NCBI GenBank assembly: GCA_902632605.1
Contig: CACPDB010000004.1
Coordinates: 32,511 to 96,510 of the forward strand
From: an uncultured SAR86 cluster bacterium
GTDB taxonomy: Bacteria > Pseudomonadota > Gammaproteobacteria > Magnimaribacterales > AG-339-G14
Direction of reading: 5' to 3'
Length of the DNA stretch: 64,000 nucleotides
In this document: piece after piece, positions 9,013 through 18,965 of the stretch
Position numbering within the stretch: the first letter of the stretch is position 1
How the letters are laid out: every line of letters starts with the position of its first letter
Notes under the pieces: model-generated
Database searches by the model: none
What the model saw: the letters and a program-made list of their open reading frames with translations, nothing else
What the model was told of the DNA's origin: nothing
Program-made: the position numbers and the translations under genes

Positions 9013-10191
9013 TTATTTTTTTGATAGAAAAGACATGCCGTCTTCTAAACCTTTAAGAGTCAAGGGAAACATATTGTCTTCAATAAGATGTCTTGAAATT
9101 TCAATTGAAGATGAGTAATCCCAATGCTCTTCTGGAACTGGATTAAGCCAAATTAATTTGTCATAAGTAGTCATGATTTTTTTCATCCAAACAGATCCTG
9201 CCTCTTCATTCCAGTGTTCAATACTGCCACCGGGATTGGTAATTTCATAAGGAGCCATAGTTGCATCGCCTACAAAAATTATTTTGTAATCCGAAGCATA
9301 TTTATGTATTACGTCCTCGGTTTTAATTCTTTCGTTGTGTCTCCTTCTATTATCCTTCCATACGGTCTCATAAATAAAATTATGAAAATAAAAGTACTCT
9401 AAATTTTTAAATTCTGTTTTGCATGCAGAAAACAATTCCTCACAAATTTTAATATGGGGATCCATTGAACCGCCAACATCGAAGAAAACAAGAACTTTGA
9501 CTGCATTGGTTTTTTCTGGAATCATTTTTATATCTAATAAACCTGCATTTTTAGCAGTACTTTTAATTGTATCGTCTAAATCAAGCTCTTCATCGTTAGA
9601 TTGTCTAATAAATTTTCTCAATCTTCTGAGGGCAACTTTTATATTTCTTGTACCAAGCTCAACTGAATCGTCTAAATTTTTAAAATCTCTTTGCTGCCAG
9701 ACTTTTACAGCTTTATTTTGTTTGCCTTCCCCATCTACCCTTATACCTTCTGGATGAGAACCTGCATTGCCAAAGGGTGAGGTGCCACCTGTACCAACCC
9801 ACTTATCTCCCTTTTGGTGCTTGCCTTTTTGCTCTTCTAATCTTTTTTTAAATTCTGAAAGAAGCTTCTCAAGGCCGCCCATCGTTTCAATTTTTTTTAG
9901 TTCATCTTCTGTTAAAAACTTTTCAAATTCTTTCCTTAACCATTCTTCAGGAACCAAAGCCTGAAGAACATCATCCAAAGTTTCAAGACCTTTAAAGTAA
10001 ATATCAAAAGCTCTGTCAAACTTATCGTAATGTTTTTCATCTTTTACGAGAACGGATCTTGATAAATAGTAAAAATCATTGATATCAGCAAAAATTACCT
10101 GTTTCTCTAGACCAGATATTAAGTCTAGAAGTTCTCTAAGGGTACAAGGCACACCAACTTCTTTTAGAGTTTTAAAAAGATTTATTAACAT
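9013..10191 (-). CDS. VWA domain-containing protein (CoxE-like partner of MoxR ATPase)
   Basis: C-terminal VWA fold with MIDAS-like VFFDVGGSMD. Sits 4 nt downstream of the MoxR-type ATPase gene. Confidence 0.75.
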   Translation of the reverse strand: MLINLFKTLKEVGVPCTLRELLDLISGLEKQVIFADINDFYYLSRSVLVKDEKHYDKFDRAFDIYFKGLETLDDVLQALVPEEWLRKEFEKFLTEDELKKIETMGGLEKLLSEFKKRLEEQKGKHQKGDKWVGTGGTSPFGNAGSHPEGIRVDGEGKQNKAVKVWQQRDFKNLDDSVELGTRNIKVALRRLRKFIRQSNDEELDLDDTIKSTAKNAGLLDIKMIPEKTNAVKVLVFFDVGGSMDPHIKICEELFSACKTEFKNLEYFYFHNFIYETVWKDNRRRHNERIKTEDVIHKYASDYKIIFVGDATMAPYEITNPGGSIEHWNEEAGSVWMKKIMTTYDKLIWLNPVPEEHWDYSSSIEISRHLIEDNMFPLTLKGLEDGMSFLSKK

Positions 10192-10195
10192 TCAA

Positions 10196-11050
10196 TTAAT
10201 TTTGGTTGTTGCCTTCTCTTCTAGTCATAAAAGCTAATCTTTCAAGCAATTGAACATCTTGTTCATTTTTAACCAAAGCACCGTATAAAGGAGGTATGGC
10301 TTTTGAAGGATCTCTATTCTTTAAGATTTCATCAGGTAAATCATCTGCCATCAGAAGTTTTAGCCAATCAACCAGCTCAGATGTTGAAGGCTTCTTTTTT
10401 AAACCGGGGACTTTCCTGACATCAAAGAAAATATCTAATGCTTCTTTAACAAGCTTTTCTTTGACTTTTGGATGATGTACTTTAATGATGTCTTTCATTG
10501 TTTCTCTATCTGGGAAAGATATATAGTGAAAAAAACATCTTCTTAAAAAAGCATCAGGTAATTCTTTTTCATTGTTACTTGAAATTATCACTATTGGTCT
10601 TGTTGTTGCTTTTATTGTTTCTTTAGTCTCATAAACATAGAATTCCATTCTGTCTAATTCTTGTAAAAGATCATTCGGAAATTCAATATCAGCCTTATCT
10701 ATTTCGTCGATAAGAAGAACTGCTTGTTTTTCTGAAGTAAATGCCTCCCAAAGTTTTCCTTTTTGAATGTAATTTGAAATATCTTTGACCCTCTCGTCTC
10801 CTAATTGAGAATCTCTCAATCTTGTAACGGCATCATATTCGTATAATCCTTGTTGGGCTTTGGTTGTGGATTTGATGTGCCATTCAATCAAAGGAAGGTC
10901 TAAAGATTTAGCAACTTCTAATGCAAGCATAGTTTTTCCTGTTCCTGGCTCTCCTTTTATCAATAATGGTCTTTCAAGAGCTATTGCTGCATTAACTGAA
11001 AGACTTAGATCGTCTGTAGCTATATATGATTTTGTGCCTGTAAATTTCAT
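10196..11050 (-). CDS. MoxR/CbbQ-NorQ-type AAA+ ATPase
   Basis: Walker A GEPGTGKT, Walker B LLIDEIDKA; 284 aa single AAA module. Confidence 0.85.
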   Translation of the reverse strand: MKFTGTKSYIATDDLSLSVNAAIALERPLLIKGEPGTGKTMLALEVAKSLDLPLIEWHIKSTTKAQQGLYEYDAVTRLRDSQLGDERVKDISNYIQKGKLWEAFTSEKQAVLLIDEIDKADIEFPNDLLQELDRMEFYVYETKETIKATTRPIVIISSNNEKELPDAFLRRCFFHYISFPDRETMKDIIKVHHPKVKEKLVKEALDIFFDVRKVPGLKKKPSTSELVDWLKLLMADDLPDEILKNRDPSKAIPPLYGALVKNEQDVQLLERLAFMTRREGNNQN

Positions 11051-11105
11051 TTATTTTCCTAATTTGAGTAATTTTTAAAAATCTATAATAACAATATTTT
11101 AAGTA

Positions 11106-11912
11106 TTATTTCTTAATTCTTAGTTTTGCTAATTGTTTTGATTGGCCTACTAGATTACCTTTAGAATCCCAGATTTCTCTATCTTCTTCAATGTAGTTTT
11201 TAGTAATAAATTCTGTTTTGGCAATAACTTTTAAAGGACCTGGTTCGGGTATGTTTCTTATGTGAGATGTTAACGTAAGTGTTGGAACCCATCCTACTGT
11301 ACCTAATTTGTTATAGATTGGTGGAGTTGTTGCATCTAAAAATAAAATTAGCCCAAAGAGATCTACTGCTCCTCCGTCTTTCCATCCCATATATAAGTTT
11401 AAAGTGGCCTGGTTATCTTCATTCGGGTTTTCCCACCATATAGAATCTGAACAATATTTTTTTTCTAAGTTCTTATCCAGTTTAGGGCTAAAACCCTCTT
11501 TGTAGGGGACTTGTGTACATGTCTCATAATCATCAAAATTAGGTTCCCTTCTGAAATTTTCTTTTAAGCCTTTCATCTTTGAAAAATCTGTAAAAGTTAC
11601 AGTAGAAAAAATCTTTAAAGTTCCATTTTGCTTCAAGGAAACATATGCAGTTGAAGTACTTTTAGTAGAAGCTATTTTTGATACTTCTATATCTGCAGAT
11701 CCAAATTCAACTCTATCTATATAATTGGCGGATAGAACCAACGGATCTTTGTGATCAAGATACTCTGAACAAGCCTTTGCAAGCAATGACATTGAGTATC
11801 CGCCGTTTGCAGTTTGCCCAATACTCCAGTTATCTGAAATATTTGCTGTAAAATTACCGTTTGAGGTTTCAATGACTTTTATAGCATCTTCAAAGTTTTT
11901 AGAAATACTCAT
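11106..11912 (-). CDS. Acyl-CoA thioesterase-like protein (double hot-dog, TesB/4HBT_3-like)
   Basis: 268 aa. The N-terminal block GQTANGGYSMSLLAKA resembles the thioesterase-like superfamily. Call is by pattern only. Confidence 0.5.
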   Translation of the reverse strand: MSISKNFEDAIKVIETSNGNFTANISDNWSIGQTANGGYSMSLLAKACSEYLDHKDPLVLSANYIDRVEFGSADIEVSKIASTKSTSTAYVSLKQNGTLKIFSTVTFTDFSKMKGLKENFRREPNFDDYETCTQVPYKEGFSPKLDKNLEKKYCSDSIWWENPNEDNQATLNLYMGWKDGGAVDLFGLILFLDATTPPIYNKLGTVGWVPTLTLTSHIRNIPEPGPLKVIAKTEFITKNYIEEDREIWDSKGNLVGQSKQLAKLRIKK

Positions 11913-11936
11913 ATTTAGTTTTAATCATAAATTAAA

Positions 11937-12722
11937 ATGAATAGTAATTCTTATTTTGACATAGGAGCCAACTTAACTCATGAATCTTTTGATAAAGATT
12001 TGATAACAGTTATTAAAGAGGCTAAACAAAATAATGTAAAAAAAATTTGTATAACAAGCACTTCAATTGAAGATACAAAGGTTTCTTTAAAACTATTAGA
12101 GAATGATCAAAATTTTTTCATAACAACTTGCGGTATACATCCCCATAATGCTGATACATTTGAAGAATCTAATATTGATGAGATAAAAAATTTAAGTGAA
12201 CACCCTTCTGTTAAAGCTATAGGAGAAACAGGACTAGACTTTAATAGAAATTATTCGAAGAAGGAAAATCAAATATTATGTTTTAAGTCACAAATTGGAG
12301 TTGCTCAAGACCTCAATTTACCCCTTTTTTTACATCAACGAGAAGCGCATAAAGACTTTATGGATTGTTTTAAAAACATAGATCTTAAAGTAAATGCAGT
12401 AGTTCATTGTTTCACAGGAGAGAAAGAAGAATTTTATGAGTATCTTGATAGAGGTTTTTGGATTGGATTTACAGGTTGGATTTGTGATCCTGTAAGGGGA
12501 AAGCACATGATTGATTTAATAGCTAACATGCCTCTTGAAAGAATAATGATCGAAACGGATTCGCCATATTTACTTCCTAAAAATCTTGAAATTAAAGGAA
12601 GAAGAAATGAGCCAAAATTTATTGTTGAAGTTGCAAAGAAAATAGCTACATTACAAAATAAAAGTTTAGAAGAAATCACTCAAATATTTTTTGAAAACAG
12701 TCAAAAATTCTTCAATCTTTAA
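11937..12722 (+). CDS. tatD: TatD-family metal-dependent hydrolase/DNase
   Basis: YFDIGANLTHESF...GIHPHNA...GETGLDFNR...VHCFTG...ETDSPYL, collinear with E. coli TatD. Confidence 0.8.
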   Translation: MNSNSYFDIGANLTHESFDKDLITVIKEAKQNNVKKICITSTSIEDTKVSLKLLENDQNFFITTCGIHPHNADTFEESNIDEIKNLSEHPSVKAIGETGLDFNRNYSKKENQILCFKSQIGVAQDLNLPLFLHQREAHKDFMDCFKNIDLKVNAVVHCFTGEKEEFYEYLDRGFWIGFTGWICDPVRGKHMIDLIANMPLERIMIETDSPYLLPKNLEIKGRRNEPKFIVEVAKKIATLQNKSLEEITQIFFENSQKFFNL

Positions 12723-13852
12723 GCTTCTGAAATAATTTTTTGAGAAATTAATTCAGTTAATTTTTCCTCTAGTCCAAGAGAAGCAATGATTTCTTTGGTA
12801 TGAGTCCCTACTTTGACTGGAGGATGACTTACTTCACTTTTGGAATAAGAAAATTTTGGTGCCGGAGATGGTTGAGTGACATTATCCAAATCAAAGAAAG
12901 ATTTTCTATCAACATTATGTTCATGATTTATAGCTTCATTCATAGAAAGAACAGGAGCAAAGCAAATATCAGTTCCTTCCATTATTTGGCACCATTCATC
13001 ACGTGTCTTTTCTTTAAATCTGATTTCTAAATTTTCTCGTAAAGTTGGCCATGAATTTTTATCCATTTGGTTATCAAAAATATCCTCATCAATATTCATT
13101 TTTTCTCTTAATAATGAATAAAATTGCGGCTCTATTGAACCTATAGAAACAAACTTTCCGTCTTTACATTCGTAACAACCATAAAAATGTGCTGCACCAT
13201 CAAGCAAATTGGAATCCCTTGAATCGGTCCAGATACCTGAATTTAGCATTCCATACATCATGCTCATTAATAATGCCGATCCTTCAGTCATAGCTGCATC
13301 AATGACTTGTCCTTTTCCTTCTTTATAAACAGTATTTAAAGCTGCGCATACTCCAAGTGCAAGTAACATACCTCCTCCTCCAAAATCACCAATTAAATTA
13401 AGTGGAGGTGGTGGTGGAGACTCTTTCTTACCAATTGACCCAAGAACGCCACTTAAGGCAATGTAATTAATATCATGTCCTGCAGCATTGGCTAATGGAC
13501 CACTTTGCCCCCAACCAGTCATCCTTCCAAAAATTAGCTTAGGGTTTATATTCAGAAGTTCATTTGGTCCAAGATTATTCTTTTCCATGACCCCAGGCCT
13601 AAACCCTTCAATCAAAACATCTGCAGACTCAACTAATCTTTTAATTATGTCTTGGCCTTCAGGTTTTCTAATATCTACTGCCATTGATTTTTTTCCTCTA
13701 GAGGCAATATCTGCACTAGACCCTCTTCCAGCAGCCGTAATTCTTTCCACAGAAATTACTTCTGCTCCCATATCAGCTAAAATCATTCCGCAGAATGGCG
13801 CTGGACCAATTCCAGCCATTTCAATAACTTTTATATCTTTAAGTGGTCCCAT
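12719..13852 (-). CDS. Family III CoA-transferase (CaiB/BaiF; alpha-methylacyl-CoA racemase-like)
   Basis: N-terminus MGPLKDIKVIEMAGIGPAPFCGMILADMGAEVISVER is typical of AMACR/CaiB. ATG at 13852 is preferred over the track's TTG at 13867 because GGGAG precedes it. Confidence 0.8.
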   Translation of the reverse strand: MGPLKDIKVIEMAGIGPAPFCGMILADMGAEVISVERITAAGRGSSADIASRGKKSMAVDIRKPEGQDIIKRLVESADVLIEGFRPGVMEKNNLGPNELLNINPKLIFGRMTGWGQSGPLANAAGHDINYIALSGVLGSIGKKESPPPPPLNLIGDFGGGGMLLALGVCAALNTVYKEGKGQVIDAAMTEGSALLMSMMYGMLNSGIWTDSRDSNLLDGAAHFYGCYECKDGKFVSIGSIEPQFYSLLREKMNIDEDIFDNQMDKNSWPTLRENLEIRFKEKTRDEWCQIMEGTDICFAPVLSMNEAINHEHNVDRKSFFDLDNVTQPSPAPKFSYSKSEVSHPPVKVGTHTKEIIASLGLEEKLTELISQKIISEA

Positions 13853-16298
13853 GTAAATTTCTCCCAAAAGGTTTTAAATGTCTAATTAAAACGGGCAATA
13901 ACATTAATGCTGCAAGTATCGCTATTATCATAGAAAAAGAGGTAAATATTCCAAAAAATACACTAGGATTAAAATTAGAAGTTACTAAAATCATAAATCC
14001 TAAAACAATAGTAAGCGATGTGTAAAACATTGCCCTACCAATTGTGGCATGACTATTTTTTATAGCTAAGTCATAATTTTTTTGAAGATGGTATTCTCTT
14101 AAAAATCTATGGACATAATGGATTGTGTTATCTACGCCAATTCCAATACTGATTGCAGCAACAGTAACAGTCATAATGTCTAAAGGAATTCCAGACCAAC
14201 CTATTATTCCAAGAACGCTTGCAGCAGATAATAAATTAGGAATCATAGCAATAAGAGCCATATAGAGAGATCTAAACAAAATAATAAACATTATAAAAAT
14301 TGCACTAAACACAATTGTTAAGCTTCCTATTAAGGATTGAAATAAACTTTGAAGAAGATTGTTATAGATAACTGATATACCGGATAAATAAAATTGTTCT
14401 TCACTAAGTTCATAGATTTTAATTAAATCTGTTTTAACTTCATCAATAAGATTTTTTCTATTTAATCCATCCATAGATTCAATAACTCTTGCAGACAACC
14501 TAACCTGATTATCATCTTCAGAAATATAAGCACTTAGAAGTTGATTATTAATATCCTCTGGAAGAACCTTTCTCAATAAAGCCAATTCAAGGTCATCTAG
14601 TTTTTCTCCTTTGGCAATTTCTGCTAATTTAATTGCACTTGACACAGAAAGGACTTTTCCAATTTCTGGTCTTCTTTCTAAATAATCATGGATTTCTTCT
14701 AAGAACGACAGATTTTGTGAATTAAACCAGTAACCATATTCTTGAGTTTCAATTCCAAAATCATCAAAATCTTCTTCAAATTCGTCATTAGTTTGTGAAG
14801 TGCTTTGAGGAGCAGAAATAATAATATCTAAAGGTGCCGTCCCCCCTAACTTCTTATCAATCAATGAAAGTCCTTGGTAGATTTCAGTTGAGGGTTTGAA
14901 GTAGTCAATAAATTTATTTTCAACACTTAATTTATTGATACCCACCAGAGAGAAGATGAAGCCAATCAAGGATATAAGTAAAATAATATTTTTAAATCTT
15001 ACGACTAAAGAATTAATCCAAGTAGTAAAACCTGCAGAATAATCAACTTTTGTATCTTTGATATTTTTTTTCATTAATGATGCAAGAGAACCAAAAAATA
15101 TAAAAGATACTATAAACGCAATAAATATACTCAAAACCATTAATAATCCAAAATCTATAATTGGTCTAATATCACTAATTATTAATGATGCGAAGGCAAC
15201 CATTGTGGTAAGTGCTGTATATAGACATGGCAGGAACATCTGTGACAAGGTATTTTTTAAAGCTTCACTATGAGCAATATCATGAAATCTCGAAGTTATC
15301 TCTCTATACCTGACAACAAGATGAACTGTTAAGGAAATTCCTATTATCATTAGCAAAGCAATGAAATTAGCTGAAACAACAGTTACTTTCCAACCCATCC
15401 AACTTATAAGTCCTGCAGTAAAAAGTGCAGATAAGCATGCAGATATCAATGGGATAGAAACCCATCTGAATTGTTTGAAAATAAGTGAAAGAATTAAGAC
15501 AAACATAAAAAATACCGCTACACCGAAAGTGAGTAAATCCTGTTGAATCATTTTTATAGTATCGTGGGAAATCATAGCTCCGCCGCCTAAGAAAATTTCC
15601 CCGCTATCTTTATAGTTTTTTGTAATAGTTCTTACTTCATTAATCAGAATTGCCTCATTTGAGAGATTTATTCTTTTTTGTTCATCGATTTTTAGATCAA
15701 GAACTTCTAGATTATTTTTAAAAACTTCGTATTCAAGAGACTCCTCCACATCTAATAAGTCATATCTCTCTGAGATTAATTTTTGATACTCTTTGTTAGG
15801 TTCTAAAGACATCTGGAAGGCAATAGTTTTTAAATCCTCACTGATTAATAAACCTCTATAAACATCATTAGTTTCGAATTCATATTTAGCTTTTGCTAAA
15901 TCGACATTCTCTGTCGATAAAGTGACAACATTTTCAGCTAATTCGCTTATGGATTGTTCTGAATACTTAAGAAGAGGTACGTCAAATAAACTTAAAACAT
16001 TTCTGATACCATTTACTTTTTTTAAGTCTTCTACAAGTTTTTTTAACAAAGAAACAGTTTCTATAGTGAAAATATCTTTATTTGGAGTAAATGCAATAAC
16101 AAGAAAATCACTAGACCCGTATTTTCTGGAATTTTCTCGATAAGTCTTTAAATCAGGATCGTTGTCTAAAAGCAAAGTATCTGATGATGCATCCAATTGA
16201 AATTTTGGTAGTCCTAAAAGACTTACTAGAGATAGTAAGATTAGTAAAAAAACAAAAAATTTTGACTTGTCGACTAAAAAATTAAAAAAAATGTTCAC
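13839..16298 (-). CDS. RND-superfamily exporter, MMPL/SSD type (HpnN-like)
   Basis: 819 aa. Two multi-TM bundles each preceded by a large soluble loop. The second bundle has sterol-sensing/MMPL-like hydrophobic repeats. Confidence 0.7.
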   Translation of the reverse strand: MNIFFNFLVDKSKFFVFLLILLSLVSLLGLPKFQLDASSDTLLLDNDPDLKTYRENSRKYGSSDFLVIAFTPNKDIFTIETVSLLKKLVEDLKKVNGIRNVLSLFDVPLLKYSEQSISELAENVVTLSTENVDLAKAKYEFETNDVYRGLLISEDLKTIAFQMSLEPNKEYQKLISERYDLLDVEESLEYEVFKNNLEVLDLKIDEQKRINLSNEAILINEVRTITKNYKDSGEIFLGGGAMISHDTIKMIQQDLLTFGVAVFFMFVLILSLIFKQFRWVSIPLISACLSALFTAGLISWMGWKVTVVSANFIALLMIIGISLTVHLVVRYREITSRFHDIAHSEALKNTLSQMFLPCLYTALTTMVAFASLIISDIRPIIDFGLLMVLSIFIAFIVSFIFFGSLASLMKKNIKDTKVDYSAGFTTWINSLVVRFKNIILLISLIGFIFSLVGINKLSVENKFIDYFKPSTEIYQGLSLIDKKLGGTAPLDIIISAPQSTSQTNDEFEEDFDDFGIETQEYGYWFNSQNLSFLEEIHDYLERRPEIGKVLSVSSAIKLAEIAKGEKLDDLELALLRKVLPEDINNQLLSAYISEDDNQVRLSARVIESMDGLNRKNLIDEVKTDLIKIYELSEEQFYLSGISVIYNNLLQSLFQSLIGSLTIVFSAIFIMFIILFRSLYMALIAMIPNLLSAASVLGIIGWSGIPLDIMTVTVAAISIGIGVDNTIHYVHRFLREYHLQKNYDLAIKNSHATIGRAMFYTSLTIVLGFMILVTSNFNPSVFFGIFTSFSMIIAILAALMLLPVLIRHLKPFGRNLHGTT

Positions 16299-17170
16299 GT
16301 TTTCTTCATATCAAATTGTTTTTGTCGTTCTGCGTATCTAATTCTATCTGATTCAGTTTTTTCAAAGAAACAATTATGACAAGAAATACCTTTCTTATAT
16401 TCAGGCTTTTGTAGATCGTCTTTAGAAAGGGGTCTTCTGCATGCATAACATTGTTTGTAATCGCCAGGAGAAAGTTCATTGGTAACGGTTACTCTTTCAT
16501 CAAAAACAAAACAATCTCCCTGCCAAGATGATTTATCCTTTGATTCTGATAAAAAATTCAAAATACCTCCTTGTAGTTGATAGATATCATTAAGTCCTTC
16601 TTTCTCAAAAGAGTGAAGTGCTTTTTCGCATCTAATTCCTCCGGTACAAAAAATACCAATTTTTTTATTCTTGAATTTCCTTTTATTTTTTTTCAAAAAG
16701 GATTTAAATTCTCTAAAATTTTTTATGTCAGGTATGACAGAATTTCTAAAAGTTCCTACCTTGCTTTCATAATCATTTCTTACATCAATAACTATATTTT
16801 TAGAGTCTGTGATAAAGCTATGCCATTCCATAGGCATTAAATATTTGCTTTGATGATTGTAGGATTTTCCCTTGGTACCGGATGGCACCAATTCTTTTCT
16901 AGTTTTTATTTTTAATCTTTTGAAAGGAGAAATGTCTGATGAAGTAAAGCGAAATTTTATGTTACCAATTAAATTGTTAATGTATAAATTTAAGTCTTCT
17001 AAAGCATTATCTCTCTCAGAAGAAACAGTGGCATTAATTCCTTCAGGGGTAAGAATAATTGTTCCTTTTATATTTCTTTTAACGCAATGATCTCTTAAAC
17101 CATCTTCTAATTTTTTATAAATAGGAAAATTAAAACATTTATAGAAAGTTCCAATTTTAAACACAGGCAA
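16295..17170 (-). CDS. trhO: Rhodanese-domain tRNA uridine(34) hydroxylase TrhO (YceA/UPF0176)
   Basis: Active-site loop IGIFCTGGIRCEKA, C-terminal Cys pairs (CYACRRP...CHNC). TTG start. Confidence 0.8.
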   Translation of the reverse strand: MPVFKIGTFYKCFNFPIYKKLEDGLRDHCVKRNIKGTIILTPEGINATVSSERDNALEDLNLYINNLIGNIKFRFTSSDISPFKRLKIKTRKELVPSGTKGKSYNHQSKYLMPMEWHSFITDSKNIVIDVRNDYESKVGTFRNSVIPDIKNFREFKSFLKKNKRKFKNKKIGIFCTGGIRCEKALHSFEKEGLNDIYQLQGGILNFLSESKDKSSWQGDCFVFDERVTVTNELSPGDYKQCYACRRPLSKDDLQKPEYKKGISCHNCFFEKTESDRIRYAERQKQFDMKKT

Positions 17171-17177
17171 ATTCTTG

Positions 17178-17483
17178 TTACCTTGATCCGCCTAAGCAAT
17201 CAGGAGAATCAGAGCTAGATTGATTATTCTTATCCCATTCTATTTTTGTGAAGGGATGAATTGCTATAGCGTGAATCAATTTCATCTCCTCTGTAAGCAC
17301 TTTATAAATTAGTTGATGTCTTTGTACCGGTCGCATATTCTCAAATTCATCAGAGACAACAACAATTTTAAAGTGTGATTCAGCTCCATCGGGAACATTG
17401 TGATTTGGACTCTCGTTGATAACCTCCACGTAAACAGATGACATTTCGTTTTTTAATTTTTCTTCTATTTGCTCTTTAATCAT
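17178..17483 (-). CDS. BolA-family protein
   Basis: SHFKIVVVSDEFENMRPVQRHQLIYKVL matches the BolA signature; 101 aa. Confidence 0.8.
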   Translation of the reverse strand: MIKEQIEEKLKNEMSSVYVEVINESPNHNVPDGAESHFKIVVVSDEFENMRPVQRHQLIYKVLTEEMKLIHAIAIHPFTKIEWDKNNQSSSDSPDCLGGSR

Positions 17484-17485
17484 TT

Positions 17486-18913
17486 TCAGTCAGGATTATT
17501 TACATAGTTTAATTCATTTAACTTCTCTTCATGACTTTCTTTGGTAGTTGTTACAAAAGATATCGTGAATAACGATATAGCCCACAAAATAACAGAAGCT
17601 GTTACTGCTGTAACTCCAAAGGTAAATAATATTTCAGGATCAACTTTTCCTGGAACTGCATTTTCTGGCCATGCTGCAAAAGTTAAAATCATGCCTGCTG
17701 CGAAAGCTCCAGCTCCACTCATGCACTTCTGAGCAAATGACCTTGCTGCTAGAAGAGTTCCTTCCATTCGTCTTCCAGTTTTGATTTCAACTTCTTCTAC
17801 AGTATCCCAAACCATTGAATTTAGGGTGGTGAAAGAAATAACAGATGTAGCTACCCCAATGAAATGAAAAACGAGGACTCCAGCAAGAACAATAGGCGAA
17901 CCATTTTCAGGTAATAAACCTAAAAGTCTTAAAACAATAATTCCATTTTCTACCGTTAAAGAAACTGCAAATAAAAACAATGCGCCGTTTTTCTTACCGA
18001 ATTTATTAGCTAAAAAAGGAGACACGACAATCCCAACTAACGGAGCTAAAAATAAGCTCAAGCCAATAGTAAGAATATTAAGAGGAGTAAACTCCCAAAA
18101 AAAACTATAGTAATAAAGTGTCAGATTGGTACCTATTCCCCCTGCTACACCCATCATAATCATCGCAATAAACAAGATGATGTAATTTCTACTAACAGTC
18201 ATGGTTTCGTATAATTCTTTAAGAATTGTTCTTAAGGTTTTTCTTTCTACTTCTGGGGCGTGAAGATCTTTTATATGTCTATGAGTTCCAGTTGCAGTTA
18301 CTACAATTGCAATGAACATTATTGGGCTACAAACAAGGCCATACGTAATCCAAGTATCAGCTACGAATCTAGCATCCTGACTACCTGTGAGGGTGCTGTA
18401 AACGACAAATATCCATAGAGAATTCCAAACTGCTAAACCTCCCCACCAACCAAACCAATATCGATAAGAAAGAAGAGAACTTCTTTCTACATAATCTTTT
18501 GAAAGCTCGGGTCCTAGGGCGTTACTTGGTATTTCATAAATAGTTATCGCTGTTCTAATAAATGCTCCTACAATTAGTAAAAACCAAAATAGTTCCATTT
18601 GACTCATGTTTTCGGGAGGGTCCCAAATCAGAAAAAAGGAAACTGCAACAGGTATAGCTGATCCATACATCCAAGGATGTCTTCGACCCCATTTCGATTG
18701 AGTTTTATCAGAAAAATAGCCAATTAAAGGATCAGAAATAGCATCGAAAACCAGCATCAATAATATTGCCAAACCTGCCAAGTTAGGTGCCAATCCAAAG
18801 ACTTGAACGTATACAAATAATAAAAAATAATTGAAAGCATTATCTTTTATTCCATAAGCAAGAGAGCCAAATCCATAAAAGAATTTAGTTAAAAAAGGTA
18901 ATTTTTCGTTCAT
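17486..18913 (-). CDS. GPH-family (glycoside-pentoside-hexuronide) cation symporter, MFS fold
   Basis: GPH signature DAISDPLIGYFSDKTQSKWGRRHPW; about 12 TM. Confidence 0.8.
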   Translation of the reverse strand: MNEKLPFLTKFFYGFGSLAYGIKDNAFNYFLLFVYVQVFGLAPNLAGLAILLMLVFDAISDPLIGYFSDKTQSKWGRRHPWMYGSAIPVAVSFFLIWDPPENMSQMELFWFLLIVGAFIRTAITIYEIPSNALGPELSKDYVERSSLLSYRYWFGWWGGLAVWNSLWIFVVYSTLTGSQDARFVADTWITYGLVCSPIMFIAIVVTATGTHRHIKDLHAPEVERKTLRTILKELYETMTVSRNYIILFIAMIMMGVAGGIGTNLTLYYYSFFWEFTPLNILTIGLSLFLAPLVGIVVSPFLANKFGKKNGALFLFAVSLTVENGIIVLRLLGLLPENGSPIVLAGVLVFHFIGVATSVISFTTLNSMVWDTVEEVEIKTGRRMEGTLLAARSFAQKCMSGAGAFAAGMILTFAAWPENAVPGKVDPEILFTFGVTAVTASVILWAISLFTISFVTTTKESHEEKLNELNYVNNPD

Positions 18914-18965
18914 TTAATTATTTAATCTAAACAGAAAATAAGTATTACACACTTCTTCAAAAAAA

